Assembly: GCA_000995065.1 (NCBI GenBank)
Contig: LBWX01000001.1
Location: forward strand, 95,563 to 159,562
Length of the DNA stretch: 64,000 bases
Reading direction: 5' to 3'
DNA from: a candidate division CPR2 bacterium GW2011_GWC2_39_35
Lineage (GTDB): Bacteria; Patescibacteriota; CPR2
Numbering within the stretch: position 1 is the first letter of the stretch; every line of letters begins with the position of its first letter. Of the stretch, positions 38,166-46,558 are shown piece by piece. The notes beneath the pieces are model-generated. The model searched no databases and had not been told where the DNA came from. It saw only the letters and a program-made list of their open reading frames with translations. A program made the translations under genes and the position numbers.

Positions 38166-39386
38166 ATGCAAAGAAGAAAAAAAACATTAATCGACAAACT
38201 ATTTTATAGCTTTGTCGCCCTAACATTGCTTTCTGTTTCCATGCTGCCAACTTTCGCAGTAGAAAAAGCTGACTGCGACAACAACGCCGTTATGTATTGC
38301 GGAGCCATGAAGGATGGACGGTATTCTATAGAATACTTTAAGGAAAGAATCGCTAATGGTGATGGCAAGCACTCTGCCGCCCAGCTTCAGCAGATTTACT
38401 ATAAAGAATGGGGATTGGATCCAGCTCAAATTCCTAGTTGGACAAATGGTGAAGTAACCAGAGCCGGTGAAATTAAGGTTAACGGTAAAGTTGTCGGCAT
38501 GGATGCTTTATCTGCCGGCAGACTAGATTTGGGAAATACCGTAAGAGATACCGGATATCTGCTTTGGAGAAAGCCCGCAGATTCATTTGCATCCGGCGTT
38601 ACAAGCTTACAAGCATATGTAAGACTTGATAAAAACGGCAATGCTTCTTACGCCGTAATTAAATCTTGCGGCAATCCGGTTAATGTTTATAGATGGCCAG
38701 CAGTTACTCCAGCACCAGCTCCTCAACCAGCACCAGCTCCTCAACCGGCACCAGTTCCTCAAAAGGGTTCTATCGAAGTAATTAAGTTCGAGGATACAAA
38801 TCAAAACGCAAAATTTGACAAGACTGGCACGGACGCAGAACATACCCTGCCCAATCCATTCAAATTTATTGTAAAAGGTAATGGCGTATCACAAACCGTC
38901 TATAATGCAACAGGAACTATGCTTTTTAGCAATCTTCCTGCCGGGACTTATACCCTAGAAGAAGGCCTTGAAGCCAATTGGTATGCTACTTCTCAAAACT
39001 ATCAACAAGTAATTGTAAAATGCGGCGAAACTACTAAAATCGAATTCGGTAATCATAAGAAAACTCAGCCAGTACCGCCTGCACCACAACCTCAACCACA
39101 ACCTGTTCCATGTTGCGAGAAAGAGGATATAGTGATTAACAATAATGTGACTAATACAAACACAAATAATGTACAACAGCAGCAGCAAACTGGCGGCGGT
39201 GAGCAAAAACAACAGCAAGCCCAAGCTCAGCAACAGCAGACTCAGGCGGCAACAACCCAAACTACTGACCTGCCACATGCCGGCGCTGAATCAACTGTAC
39301 TCTTTAGCTTATCAGGACTTGGTCTAACAGGTTATCTAAGAAGAAAGAGTAAATTATCCCTTCTTGACACCCTAAAACAGTTCTAA
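38166..39386 (+). CDS. cell-wall-sorted surface protein with Pro-rich and Gln-rich repeats (LPxAG sortase substrate)
   Basis: Signal peptide LLSVSMLPTFAVEKA; PAPAPQPAPAPQPAPVPQ and PPAPQPQPQPVP linkers; poly-Q/A tract; C-terminal LPHAG plus hydrophobic segment plus RRKSK sorting signal. Confidence 0.6.
   Translation: MQRRKKTLIDKLFYSFVALTLLSVSMLPTFAVEKADCDNNAVMYCGAMKDGRYSIEYFKERIANGDGKHSAAQLQQIYYKEWGLDPAQIPSWTNGEVTRAGEIKVNGKVVGMDALSAGRLDLGNTVRDTGYLLWRKPADSFASGVTSLQAYVRLDKNGNASYAVIKSCGNPVNVYRWPAVTPAPAPQPAPAPQPAPVPQKGSIEVIKFEDTNQNAKFDKTGTDAEHTLPNPFKFIVKGNGVSQTVYNATGTMLFSNLPAGTYTLEEGLEANWYATSQNYQQVIVKCGETTKIEFGNHKKTQPVPPAPQPQPQPVPCCEKEDIVINNNVTNTNTNNVQQQQQTGGGEQKQQQAQAQQQQTQAATTQTTDLPHAGAESTVLFSLSGLGLTGYLRRKSKLSLLDTLKQF
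38709..38762 (+). repeat. 18-bp tandem repeat x3 (CCAGCACCAGCTCCTCAA) encoding PAPAPQ units
   Basis: Read directly; the third copy has two substitutions. Confidence 0.8.
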
Positions 39387-39412
39387 CAAGATAAAATCAA
39401 ATAAATATTGAA

Positions 39413-39445
39413 AAAAAGAGTCCTTTTTAAAGGGCTCTTTTTTTG
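39413..39445 (+). terminator. rho-independent terminator
   Basis: AAAGAGTCCTTT-TTAA-AGGGCTCTTTTTTT (one mismatch in stem). Confidence 0.5.
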
Positions 39446-39456
39446 TTATACTATAC

Positions 39457-40554
39457 GTGATGGAAGAAAGTATTGAGATTTTAAAAAGCCTTAGAAAAAG
39501 AATTGATGAAGCCTTTAGGGTTCTTAAAATTTATAAAAAAGAGGAGGAACTCAAAAGACTAGAGCACGAAACCTTAAGTCCGGGTTTTTGGGAAAAAGAC
39601 GACGCCTCCCAAATTATGAAGAAGATTGGCTCACTAAAGAACTTTATACAGAACTGGAAACAAATAAGAATTGATGTCGATGAATACTTGGGCCTTTCCG
39701 AGATGGTTAAAGTCTCAGACCGGGAACTTGTTGCTGACATTCACGATAATACTCTTAAACTTCAGAGCGAATTTGACAAAATGGAGTTTCAGATGCTTTT
39801 ATCGGACGAATATGACGAGAACGACGCTATTCTCTCCATCTTTGCCGGCGCTGGTGGCACCGAAGCTCAGGACTGGGCCGAGATGCTCCTTAGAATGTAT
39901 AAAAGGTTTGCTGACTCTCACGAATTTGCAACTAAAATTACCTCTATTTCTTCGGGAGAAGAGGCCGGAATTAAAAGCGTAACCTTAGAAGTTAGCGGCC
40001 CGTTTGCTTATGGATACCTAAAAGGAGAAGCAGGGGTGCACAGATTGGTCAGAATTTCGCCTTTCGATGCTGATAAGGCTCGCCACACTTCTTTTGCGCT
40101 TGTAGATGTACTGCCGGAATTTGTGGAACCGGAATTTAAGATTAATGAAACCGATTTACGAATCGATACGTTTAGAGCAGGCGGACATGGCGGCCAAGGC
40201 GTTAATACTACTGATTCTGCGGTAAGGATAACTCATTTGCCAACCGGCCTGTCGGTTTCTGTCCAAAATGAGAGATCCCAGCTTCAAAACAAACAGACTG
40301 CCTTAAAGATTCTGCAGTCAAAACTAGCAATTTTAGAAAAAAAGAAGCATAAGGAAAAAATGACCGAAATAAGAGGCGAGGCGATTTCAGCCGAATGGGG
40401 AAATCAGATTAGGTCTTACGTGATGCAACCGTACACCAAAGTCAAAGATCATCGTACCGAATACGAAACATCAAACGTAAACTTAGTCTTAGATGGAGGG
40501 ATAGATGAGTTTATAGAGGCTTATCTAAAAAAAGAAACACTAAAGAAACATTAG
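39457..40554 (+). CDS. prfB: peptide chain release factor 2 (single continuous ORF, no programmed +1 frameshift site)
   Basis: SPF tripeptide motif (RISPFDADKARHTSF), GGQ motif (RAGGHGGQGVNTTDSAVRITHLPTG), GAGGTEAQDWAEML; no CTT-TGA-C shifty site near codon 25. Confidence 0.85.
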   Translation: MMEESIEILKSLRKRIDEAFRVLKIYKKEEELKRLEHETLSPGFWEKDDASQIMKKIGSLKNFIQNWKQIRIDVDEYLGLSEMVKVSDRELVADIHDNTLKLQSEFDKMEFQMLLSDEYDENDAILSIFAGAGGTEAQDWAEMLLRMYKRFADSHEFATKITSISSGEEAGIKSVTLEVSGPFAYGYLKGEAGVHRLVRISPFDADKARHTSFALVDVLPEFVEPEFKINETDLRIDTFRAGGHGGQGVNTTDSAVRITHLPTGLSVSVQNERSQLQNKQTALKILQSKLAILEKKKHKEKMTEIRGEAISAEWGNQIRSYVMQPYTKVKDHRTEYETSNVNLVLDGGIDEFIEAYLKKETLKKH

Positions 40555-40688
40555 TAATATTATTTCGGATTTAGGATTTCATCCACTGGAAATTATTTTA
40601 AAAAGCGTAAGGAAAAAAATAAAATACTTGCTATATGCAAAATTAACTATTATAATGGCGAGCGTTACAAAATTTGGAGGGATCGCAA

Positions 40689-41369
40689 ATGATATATTTT
40701 GAAAAAGTTACAAAAGAATATCCCAATGGCACAACAGCTCTAAAGGATATTAATCTTCATATAAAACCCAAAGAGTTTGTAACGGTTGTCGGCACTTCCG
40801 GCGCCGGAAAATCAACTCTTATTAGATGCATTTTTATGGAAGATAGGCCAACTTACGGAAAAATCTTTGTTGGCGGCGTGGACCTGACATCGATTCGAAA
40901 ATCTGACATCCCATACCTCAGACGTAAAATAGGCGTTGTTTTTCAGGATTATAAGCTTTTGCCTCAAAAAACCGTTTTTGAGAATGTTTCTTTTGCCTTA
41001 GAAGCCTCCGGGATGCCGGCTAAAGAAATTAAAAACCGCGTTCCAAAAATCCTGCAGCTCGTTGGTCTTGCCGAAAAACATAATAATTTCCCAAATGAGC
41101 TCTCCGGTGGAGAGCAACAGCGTGTGGCAATAGCAAGAGCTGTCGTAAGACAACCAAAGATTCTAATCGCCGATGAGCCGACCGGAAACCTAGACCCTAA
41201 AAACGCCTGGGAGATTATTGATCTACTTTTAAAAATTAATCAATACGGCACAACCGTAGTTATGACGACCCACAACAAAGACATCGTTAATGCCATTAAA
41301 AAAAGGGTTATCACAATTAATCAGGGTCGGGTTTCAAAAGACCAAGAAGTAGGTCGCTACACAATATAG
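40689..41369 (+). CDS. ftsE: cell-division ABC ATPase FtsE
   Basis: MIYFEKVTKEYPNGTTALKDINLHI...GTSGAGKSTL Walker A, LSGGEQQRVAIARA signature; ATG 40689 behind GGAGGG. Confidence 0.9.
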   Translation: MIYFEKVTKEYPNGTTALKDINLHIKPKEFVTVVGTSGAGKSTLIRCIFMEDRPTYGKIFVGGVDLTSIRKSDIPYLRRKIGVVFQDYKLLPQKTVFENVSFALEASGMPAKEIKNRVPKILQLVGLAEKHNNFPNELSGGEQQRVAIARAVVRQPKILIADEPTGNLDPKNAWEIIDLLLKINQYGTTVVMTTHNKDIVNAIKKRVITINQGRVSKDQEVGRYTI

Positions 41370-41377
41370 GAGGAGAA

Positions 41378-42295
41378 ATGGCAGCAGTTAGCTTTATAAG
41401 GATAGTTAAATCAGGCTTTACGAGTTTTATCAGAAATGGCTGGCTTACCGTAGCCGCTATCGGCATGATGGTTATTACCTTAATGATAATCTCTTTTTTT
41501 GCAATTATTTCCTTGCTCATTTCAGAAGGCTCCGATGTTGTTAAAAATAAGGCCGATATGTCGATTTATTTTAAACCGGGTATCACAACTGAACTTATCA
41601 CCGAGTTTATAAACGAGCTTAAAGAGGACAATAACGTTACAAAGATTAAGTTCACGTCTTCTGAAGACGCTATAAAAGATTATCGAGAAATGTACAAATA
41701 TCGGCCGAAGCTTTTGGAAGCTTTAGAAAATTCCGGTGCCAATGCATTGCCATCCAGTATTCAGGTAGACTTTGAGGATCCATCAAAACAAGACCAGATT
41801 TCTGGAAAAATCGAAGAATATAAGGTTAAAGGCGTCGTTGATCATCCTTCTTACGAAGGTCAGAAAAAAGTGGTTGTGGATAAAATTGTCAAAATAGCCG
41901 TTTTTACCAAAAAAGCTGGTTGGATCCTTGCTACAGTGTTTGCTTTTATCTCGCTTATCATAATCTTTAACACCGTAAGGCTTGCTATATTTGCCAGGAA
42001 AGAAGAGATCGAGATCATGCAGTTAGTGGGCGCTGCAAACTGGTACATAAAAGGGCCCTTTGTTTTCGAAGGTGCAATTTATGGCATTATTGGAACAATC
42101 GTTTCGATTGCTATTATGTATCCTTTATTTTCGGTATTCGCCCCGTCCTTAAGTCAATTTTTCGGCATTACTAACATCTTTAACTTTTTAAGACTTAATT
42201 TGTGGTCGGTAATTCTTGCCGAATTCGCCCTAGGAACCGCTATCGGCGTCTTAAGTTCTCTATTTGCAATAAGAAAACACCTAAAGTTAGGGTAG
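41378..42295 (+). CDS. ftsX: cell-division permease FtsX
   Basis: 4-TM topology with large periplasmic loop; follows ftsE. Confidence 0.8.
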   Translation: MAAVSFIRIVKSGFTSFIRNGWLTVAAIGMMVITLMIISFFAIISLLISEGSDVVKNKADMSIYFKPGITTELITEFINELKEDNNVTKIKFTSSEDAIKDYREMYKYRPKLLEALENSGANALPSSIQVDFEDPSKQDQISGKIEEYKVKGVVDHPSYEGQKKVVVDKIVKIAVFTKKAGWILATVFAFISLIIIFNTVRLAIFARKEEIEIMQLVGAANWYIKGPFVFEGAIYGIIGTIVSIAIMYPLFSVFAPSLSQFFGITNIFNFLRLNLWSVILAEFALGTAIGVLSSLFAIRKHLKLG

Positions 42296-42378
42296 GCCCA
42301 GAAGAGGTCTTGCAATCGTCAAGACTCTTTGTTAAAGTGCTTAAGGTCATAATTTTTATGATAATTTAAAGGGGGACA

Positions 42379-43515
42379 ATGAACGAATTATTTAAAACAG
42401 CCAAAAAGGTTGTTTTAGTGATGGTAATGGTGATTATGCCGACAAATGGGGTCTTGGCAGCAACCATCGATGACAAAAAAAATGAGCTAAGCCAGATCGA
42501 AACACAAATTAAAGAAATTCAAGGGGGGTTACAAGAAAAACAAAACCAAGTCCGAACTTTAAGCGACCAGCTTGTTTTTATGGACGCACAGATTACAACC
42601 GTCCAGGAGCAAATAAACATCCTGGAAGGACAAATCAAAAAGACTAACGAAGAAATTGTCCAAACAAACGCACAAATAGTAGAAGTGCAGCAAAAATTAT
42701 CAAAGCAGCAAGAATTATTAAAAGAATATATTGTTGAAATATATTCCAGCCGAAATACCTCAACCTTTGAAATGATTGCCAGCTCGAATAATTTTTCCGA
42801 GTATATGAACCAAGCTGAGTATGTGGAAAAAATACAGGAAAAGATAAACGAGAATGTAAAGATAGTAAAGGATCTCCAACGCCAGCTCGAAACAAAAAAG
42901 AAAGAATTGGACGCGCAAAAATCACAAACCGAAAGTTTACAGAAAGATCAAAATCAGAAGAAACAGGCTTTAGAAGTTCAGAAAGGGGAGAAGCAAAAGA
43001 TTCTCGACCAGACAAAGGGCGAGGAAGCTAATTACCAAAATATGCTAGCCGATGCCAGAGAGAAAGAAGTCCAGGCCCAGCACGAAATTCAAAAGATGAT
43101 TCAGGAACTAAACCGAAGTCGGAGACCGGCAGTTTCTACTCAATCTGGCGGATATCAGGCTTCAGGGGCAGTAATTGGAAATGAGGGCAGTACCGGCTAC
43201 TCTACCGGAAGCCACCTGCACTTTACGGTTTACAGAAACGGGGTAGAAGTAGATCCGCTACCGCTACTTCAGTCGGGAACACTAGCCTGGCCCGAAAATG
43301 GAGCAATAATTACGCAGTATTACGGCATACCAAATTGGAATGCTGCTTATTCCTTCCATAACGGAATCGATATGTCCGGCGGTTACGGCAACCCAATCCA
43401 CATGGCGGCTCCCGGAGTCGTTGTTACCGATGCCTGGATGCCAAATGGCTATGGCCATTATAAAATTGTAGACCACGGCAATGGCCTCATGACATTGTAC
43501 GGACATATGCAGTAG
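42379..43515 (+). CDS. coiled-coil M23 (LytM) peptidase, EnvC-like activator/hydrolase
   Basis: Signal peptide, long coiled coil, C-terminal M23 domain with HLHF motif (GSHLHFTVYRNG...HGNGLMTLYGH). Confidence 0.7.
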   Translation: MNELFKTAKKVVLVMVMVIMPTNGVLAATIDDKKNELSQIETQIKEIQGGLQEKQNQVRTLSDQLVFMDAQITTVQEQINILEGQIKKTNEEIVQTNAQIVEVQQKLSKQQELLKEYIVEIYSSRNTSTFEMIASSNNFSEYMNQAEYVEKIQEKINENVKIVKDLQRQLETKKKELDAQKSQTESLQKDQNQKKQALEVQKGEKQKILDQTKGEEANYQNMLADAREKEVQAQHEIQKMIQELNRSRRPAVSTQSGGYQASGAVIGNEGSTGYSTGSHLHFTVYRNGVEVDPLPLLQSGTLAWPENGAIITQYYGIPNWNAAYSFHNGIDMSGGYGNPIHMAAPGVVVTDAWMPNGYGHYKIVDHGNGLMTLYGHMQ

Positions 43516-43541
43516 CCACTAATCAAGACCTTAACTATTTT

Positions 43542-43574
43542 GCAGACTTGTGCATTACAAGTCTGCTTTAATTT
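43542..43574 (+). terminator. rho-independent terminator
   Basis: GCAGACTTGT-GCATT-ACAAGTCTGC then TTTAATTT. Confidence 0.55.
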
Positions 43575-43787
43575 AGTCTCCTGACAAATTCAAAATGCAA
43601 AGGTTCAGTTAAAAATTAAGAGGTTAATAAATTCTAAATTTTGTACTGTAATTTTTACTTTTGCATTTTAAACTTTGAATTTTTAGTCATCTATCTATAA
43701 TAGACCTATACTTTCACTAAGTAATTATTGTAACTTTATCACCTTGACTCTACCCGACCTGTGCTATAATAAGTGCAGGGAGGAAAA

Positions 43788-45059
43788 ATGGTTGGTTTTT
43801 GGATAAAAAAGTCCTCATACAGAAAGCAAATTATGAATTTACCTTTAAAGGTAGTTATTTATGCTTTGAGCATATTTGTGTTACTTCCAAATAGTGTTTT
43901 GGCTATTTCCTTGGATGAGTCAAAAAACACTTTAAGTCAAGTAGAAGAAGAAGTAAAAAATATTGAAGAAAATTTAAAATCTAAAAGAAACGAAGTAAGC
44001 ACTCTTCAGGGCCAGCTTTCCTATATGGATGATCAAGTTGCAGCTGTAGAGTATCAAATAAATATCTATGGAAATCAAATTAAATCGACGAATGCAGATA
44101 TCGAGGCTACTAATAATAAAATTCTAGAAACTCAAAAAACTATAGAGAATCAGCAAGATATTTTACGAGAATACATAATAGAACTCTATACTTATGGTAA
44201 TACCACAACATTAGAGATGATCGCCGGATCCCAGTCTTTTAGCGAATACCTAAATAAAGCCGAATACGTTGAAACCATTCAGGGAAAAGTTAACGAAAAC
44301 TTAGAGTCTATCCAAAAACTAAAGAAAGAATTAGAAGAAAAGAAATTAGCGCTGGATCAAAAAAAATTAGGTTTGGCTAAACTTCAAGAAGAACAGCAAA
44401 TAAAGATTCAGGTTCTGGACTCTCAAAGACAAATTCAAAAGAGCTTAGTTGACAGAACGAAAGGTCAGGAATCGGAATATAAAAAACAGCTTTCCGAAGC
44501 TCAAACAAAACAAGCTGAAGCTTTTGCCCAATATCAAGCAGCCGTAAAAGAGAGTATTGCCAACAGCAAGTCGTCTTATAAGGGCGGCAGCGGTAACGGA
44601 TATTTAGCTATGCCATCTAACGGCGTTATAACTCAAGATTATGGCTGTACTTCCTTTGCCCAATGCGGTAATAGCTCGGGTCCATATGGCGGCAAAATTC
44701 ATAACGGAATTGATATCGCCTACGGTTATAACGGACCGATATATGCCGCACAAGAGGGTGTGGTCTTAGATAGGGGCAATGAATCAAATTCTTATGGCTG
44801 GGGAAATTGGGTTGCCATTGAGCATCCGAATGGTTTAGTCACTCTTTATGGTCATCTAAGCAGTTTTGCGGTCAACAAGGGCAATACCGTTACAAAGGGC
44901 CAAATTATCGGTTATGAGGGCTTTACTGGATCCTCCTGGCCAAAGGGACCAGGCGGTTCGCATCTTCACTTTAGCGTATATACTGATTTTGTTCTTTATG
45001 ATGGCGCATATCACGGCCCTGGATACGAAGGCACGGCTAACCCATACGATTTCTTGTAA
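43788..45059 (+). CDS. second coiled-coil M23 peptidase (EnvC-like paralog)
   Basis: Same architecture as the 42379 gene (coiled coil plus GGSHLHFSVY M23 domain); ATG 43788 behind GGGAGGA. Confidence 0.65.
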   Translation: MVGFWIKKSSYRKQIMNLPLKVVIYALSIFVLLPNSVLAISLDESKNTLSQVEEEVKNIEENLKSKRNEVSTLQGQLSYMDDQVAAVEYQINIYGNQIKSTNADIEATNNKILETQKTIENQQDILREYIIELYTYGNTTTLEMIAGSQSFSEYLNKAEYVETIQGKVNENLESIQKLKKELEEKKLALDQKKLGLAKLQEEQQIKIQVLDSQRQIQKSLVDRTKGQESEYKKQLSEAQTKQAEAFAQYQAAVKESIANSKSSYKGGSGNGYLAMPSNGVITQDYGCTSFAQCGNSSGPYGGKIHNGIDIAYGYNGPIYAAQEGVVLDRGNESNSYGWGNWVAIEHPNGLVTLYGHLSSFAVNKGNTVTKGQIIGYEGFTGSSWPKGPGGSHLHFSVYTDFVLYDGAYHGPGYEGTANPYDFL

Positions 45060-45126
45060 AAATGTAGTCGTTTACTTTTAGACCTAAAAACTATATACTT
45101 TATTTAAAAGGTAATCTCTTTTATTT

Positions 45127-46344
45127 ATGGATTTATCAAAAAATAAAAAATTTGTTTATGCCCTAAAGAAGCTGACACTTGCGCTTATTATTGTTGCTGC
45201 TTACTCTTTTGGTTGGGCTGCCGGCCACGAGAACTTAAAGATTGATCAAGGCTTTGTGCCCAGAATTTTAAATAAAATTGGAAACGAAAGAGACGTCGAT
45301 TTTAGCACTTTCTGGCAAATCTGGGACGAAGTTGATGAAAAATATGATGGGCAAGTCGACCATAAAAAGATGCTTAACGGCGCTATTTCCGGTATGGTTA
45401 GCGCTGTTGGAGATCCCTACACTTATTACATGACACCCGAAGAAGCCAAAGAATTTGAAGATGAATTTTCCGGCAATATTTCCGGTATTGGCGCCGAAGT
45501 TGGTATAAAGAAGAATCAGATCACCGTAATTGCTCCTTTACCTGACTCGCCGGCCGAAAAAGCCGGCTTAAAGCCGGGTGACGCCATTATAACGATCGAT
45601 GATAATACCACAACCAATATGACAATCGACGAGGCAGTATCTAGGATAAGGGGCCAGGAGGGAACAGATGTTAAGCTTGAAATCTTAAGAAATAACGAAA
45701 GCTCGGAAGTCACCATAAAAAGACAAACGATAAATGTAAAGAGTGTTTACTCCGAAATAAAAGATAACATCGGTATTCTTCAACTTAGAAGATTTTCTGA
45801 CGATACCGCAGGACTTACCGATACGGCCTTGGAAGATTTTAAGTCGAAGAATGTAAAAGCGATTGTCCTAGACTTAAGAAATAACCCGGGTGGCTACCTC
45901 GAAAGCTCGGTAAAAATAGCAGCGGAGTTTATAAAGAAAGGGGAAGACGTCGTAATCGAAAAACATGGCGATAAAGTTACAGCGACCCATAAAGCCGAGC
46001 TAATTGGGACATTTACCGACGCCAAGATCCCTATTGCAGTACTTGTCAATGAAGGATCAGCCTCGGCTTCGGAAATTGTCGCCGGCGCCCTTCAGGATCA
46101 TGGCCGAGCAATTCTAATTGGAGAACAGACTTTTGGCAAGGGCTCGGTTCAGGAACTTAAAGGCTATCCCGATAATTCAAGCTTAAGAGTAACCATAGCA
46201 CATTGGTATACGCCAAAAGGCAACTCAATAACGGAGAAAGGGTTAACTCCCGACATAAACGTTGAAACAGACGAAACTCAGCTTCCCGCCGATGAAGATC
46301 CGCAGCTTAAAAAAGCTCTTGAGTATTTGAATTCAAAATTGTAG
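45127..46344 (+). CDS. ctpA: C-terminal processing protease (S41, Ctp) with PDZ domain
   Basis: PDZ (GIGAEVGIKKNQITVIAPLPDSPAEKAGLKPGDAIITIDD), LDLRNNPGGYL, catalytic Ser region ASASEIVAGALQD. Confidence 0.8.
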   Translation: MDLSKNKKFVYALKKLTLALIIVAAYSFGWAAGHENLKIDQGFVPRILNKIGNERDVDFSTFWQIWDEVDEKYDGQVDHKKMLNGAISGMVSAVGDPYTYYMTPEEAKEFEDEFSGNISGIGAEVGIKKNQITVIAPLPDSPAEKAGLKPGDAIITIDDNTTTNMTIDEAVSRIRGQEGTDVKLEILRNNESSEVTIKRQTINVKSVYSEIKDNIGILQLRRFSDDTAGLTDTALEDFKSKNVKAIVLDLRNNPGGYLESSVKIAAEFIKKGEDVVIEKHGDKVTATHKAELIGTFTDAKIPIAVLVNEGSASASEIVAGALQDHGRAILIGEQTFGKGSVQELKGYPDNSSLRVTIAHWYTPKGNSITEKGLTPDINVETDETQLPADEDPQLKKALEYLNSKL

Positions 46345-46399
46345 ACTATTTAAGAACCTATTTAAAATCTCACCGCAAGAGATAATAAAAGAAAAATAT

Positions 46400-46514
46400 T
46401 GCTTGTCGTTTGAAAACTTATAATTTCGGCTGCTAAACGTTCAAAGCACGTCATAATACGTTAAGTATTCTTCCTCGCTGTTCACGCTTTTCGCTCGAAA
46501 TTATAAGTTTTCAA
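46400..46514. repeat. 19-bp perfect inverted repeat flanking a 77-nt structured spacer, immediately upstream of pyrG
   Basis: TTGAAAACTTATAATTTCG (46400-46418) and its exact reverse complement CGAAATTATAAGTTTTCAA (46496-46514); the spacer contains further small hairpins; no U-tract follows. Confidence 0.45.
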
Positions 46515-46558
46515 TTCAACATGAGATTTTAAATAGCTTCTAAGATAAAGAGGTGGAA

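Noticed and set aside
39457-39600. Programmed +1 frameshift site in prfB
   Set aside because: No CTT TGA C or other in-frame stop near codon 25; the RF2 reading frame is continuous from the start.
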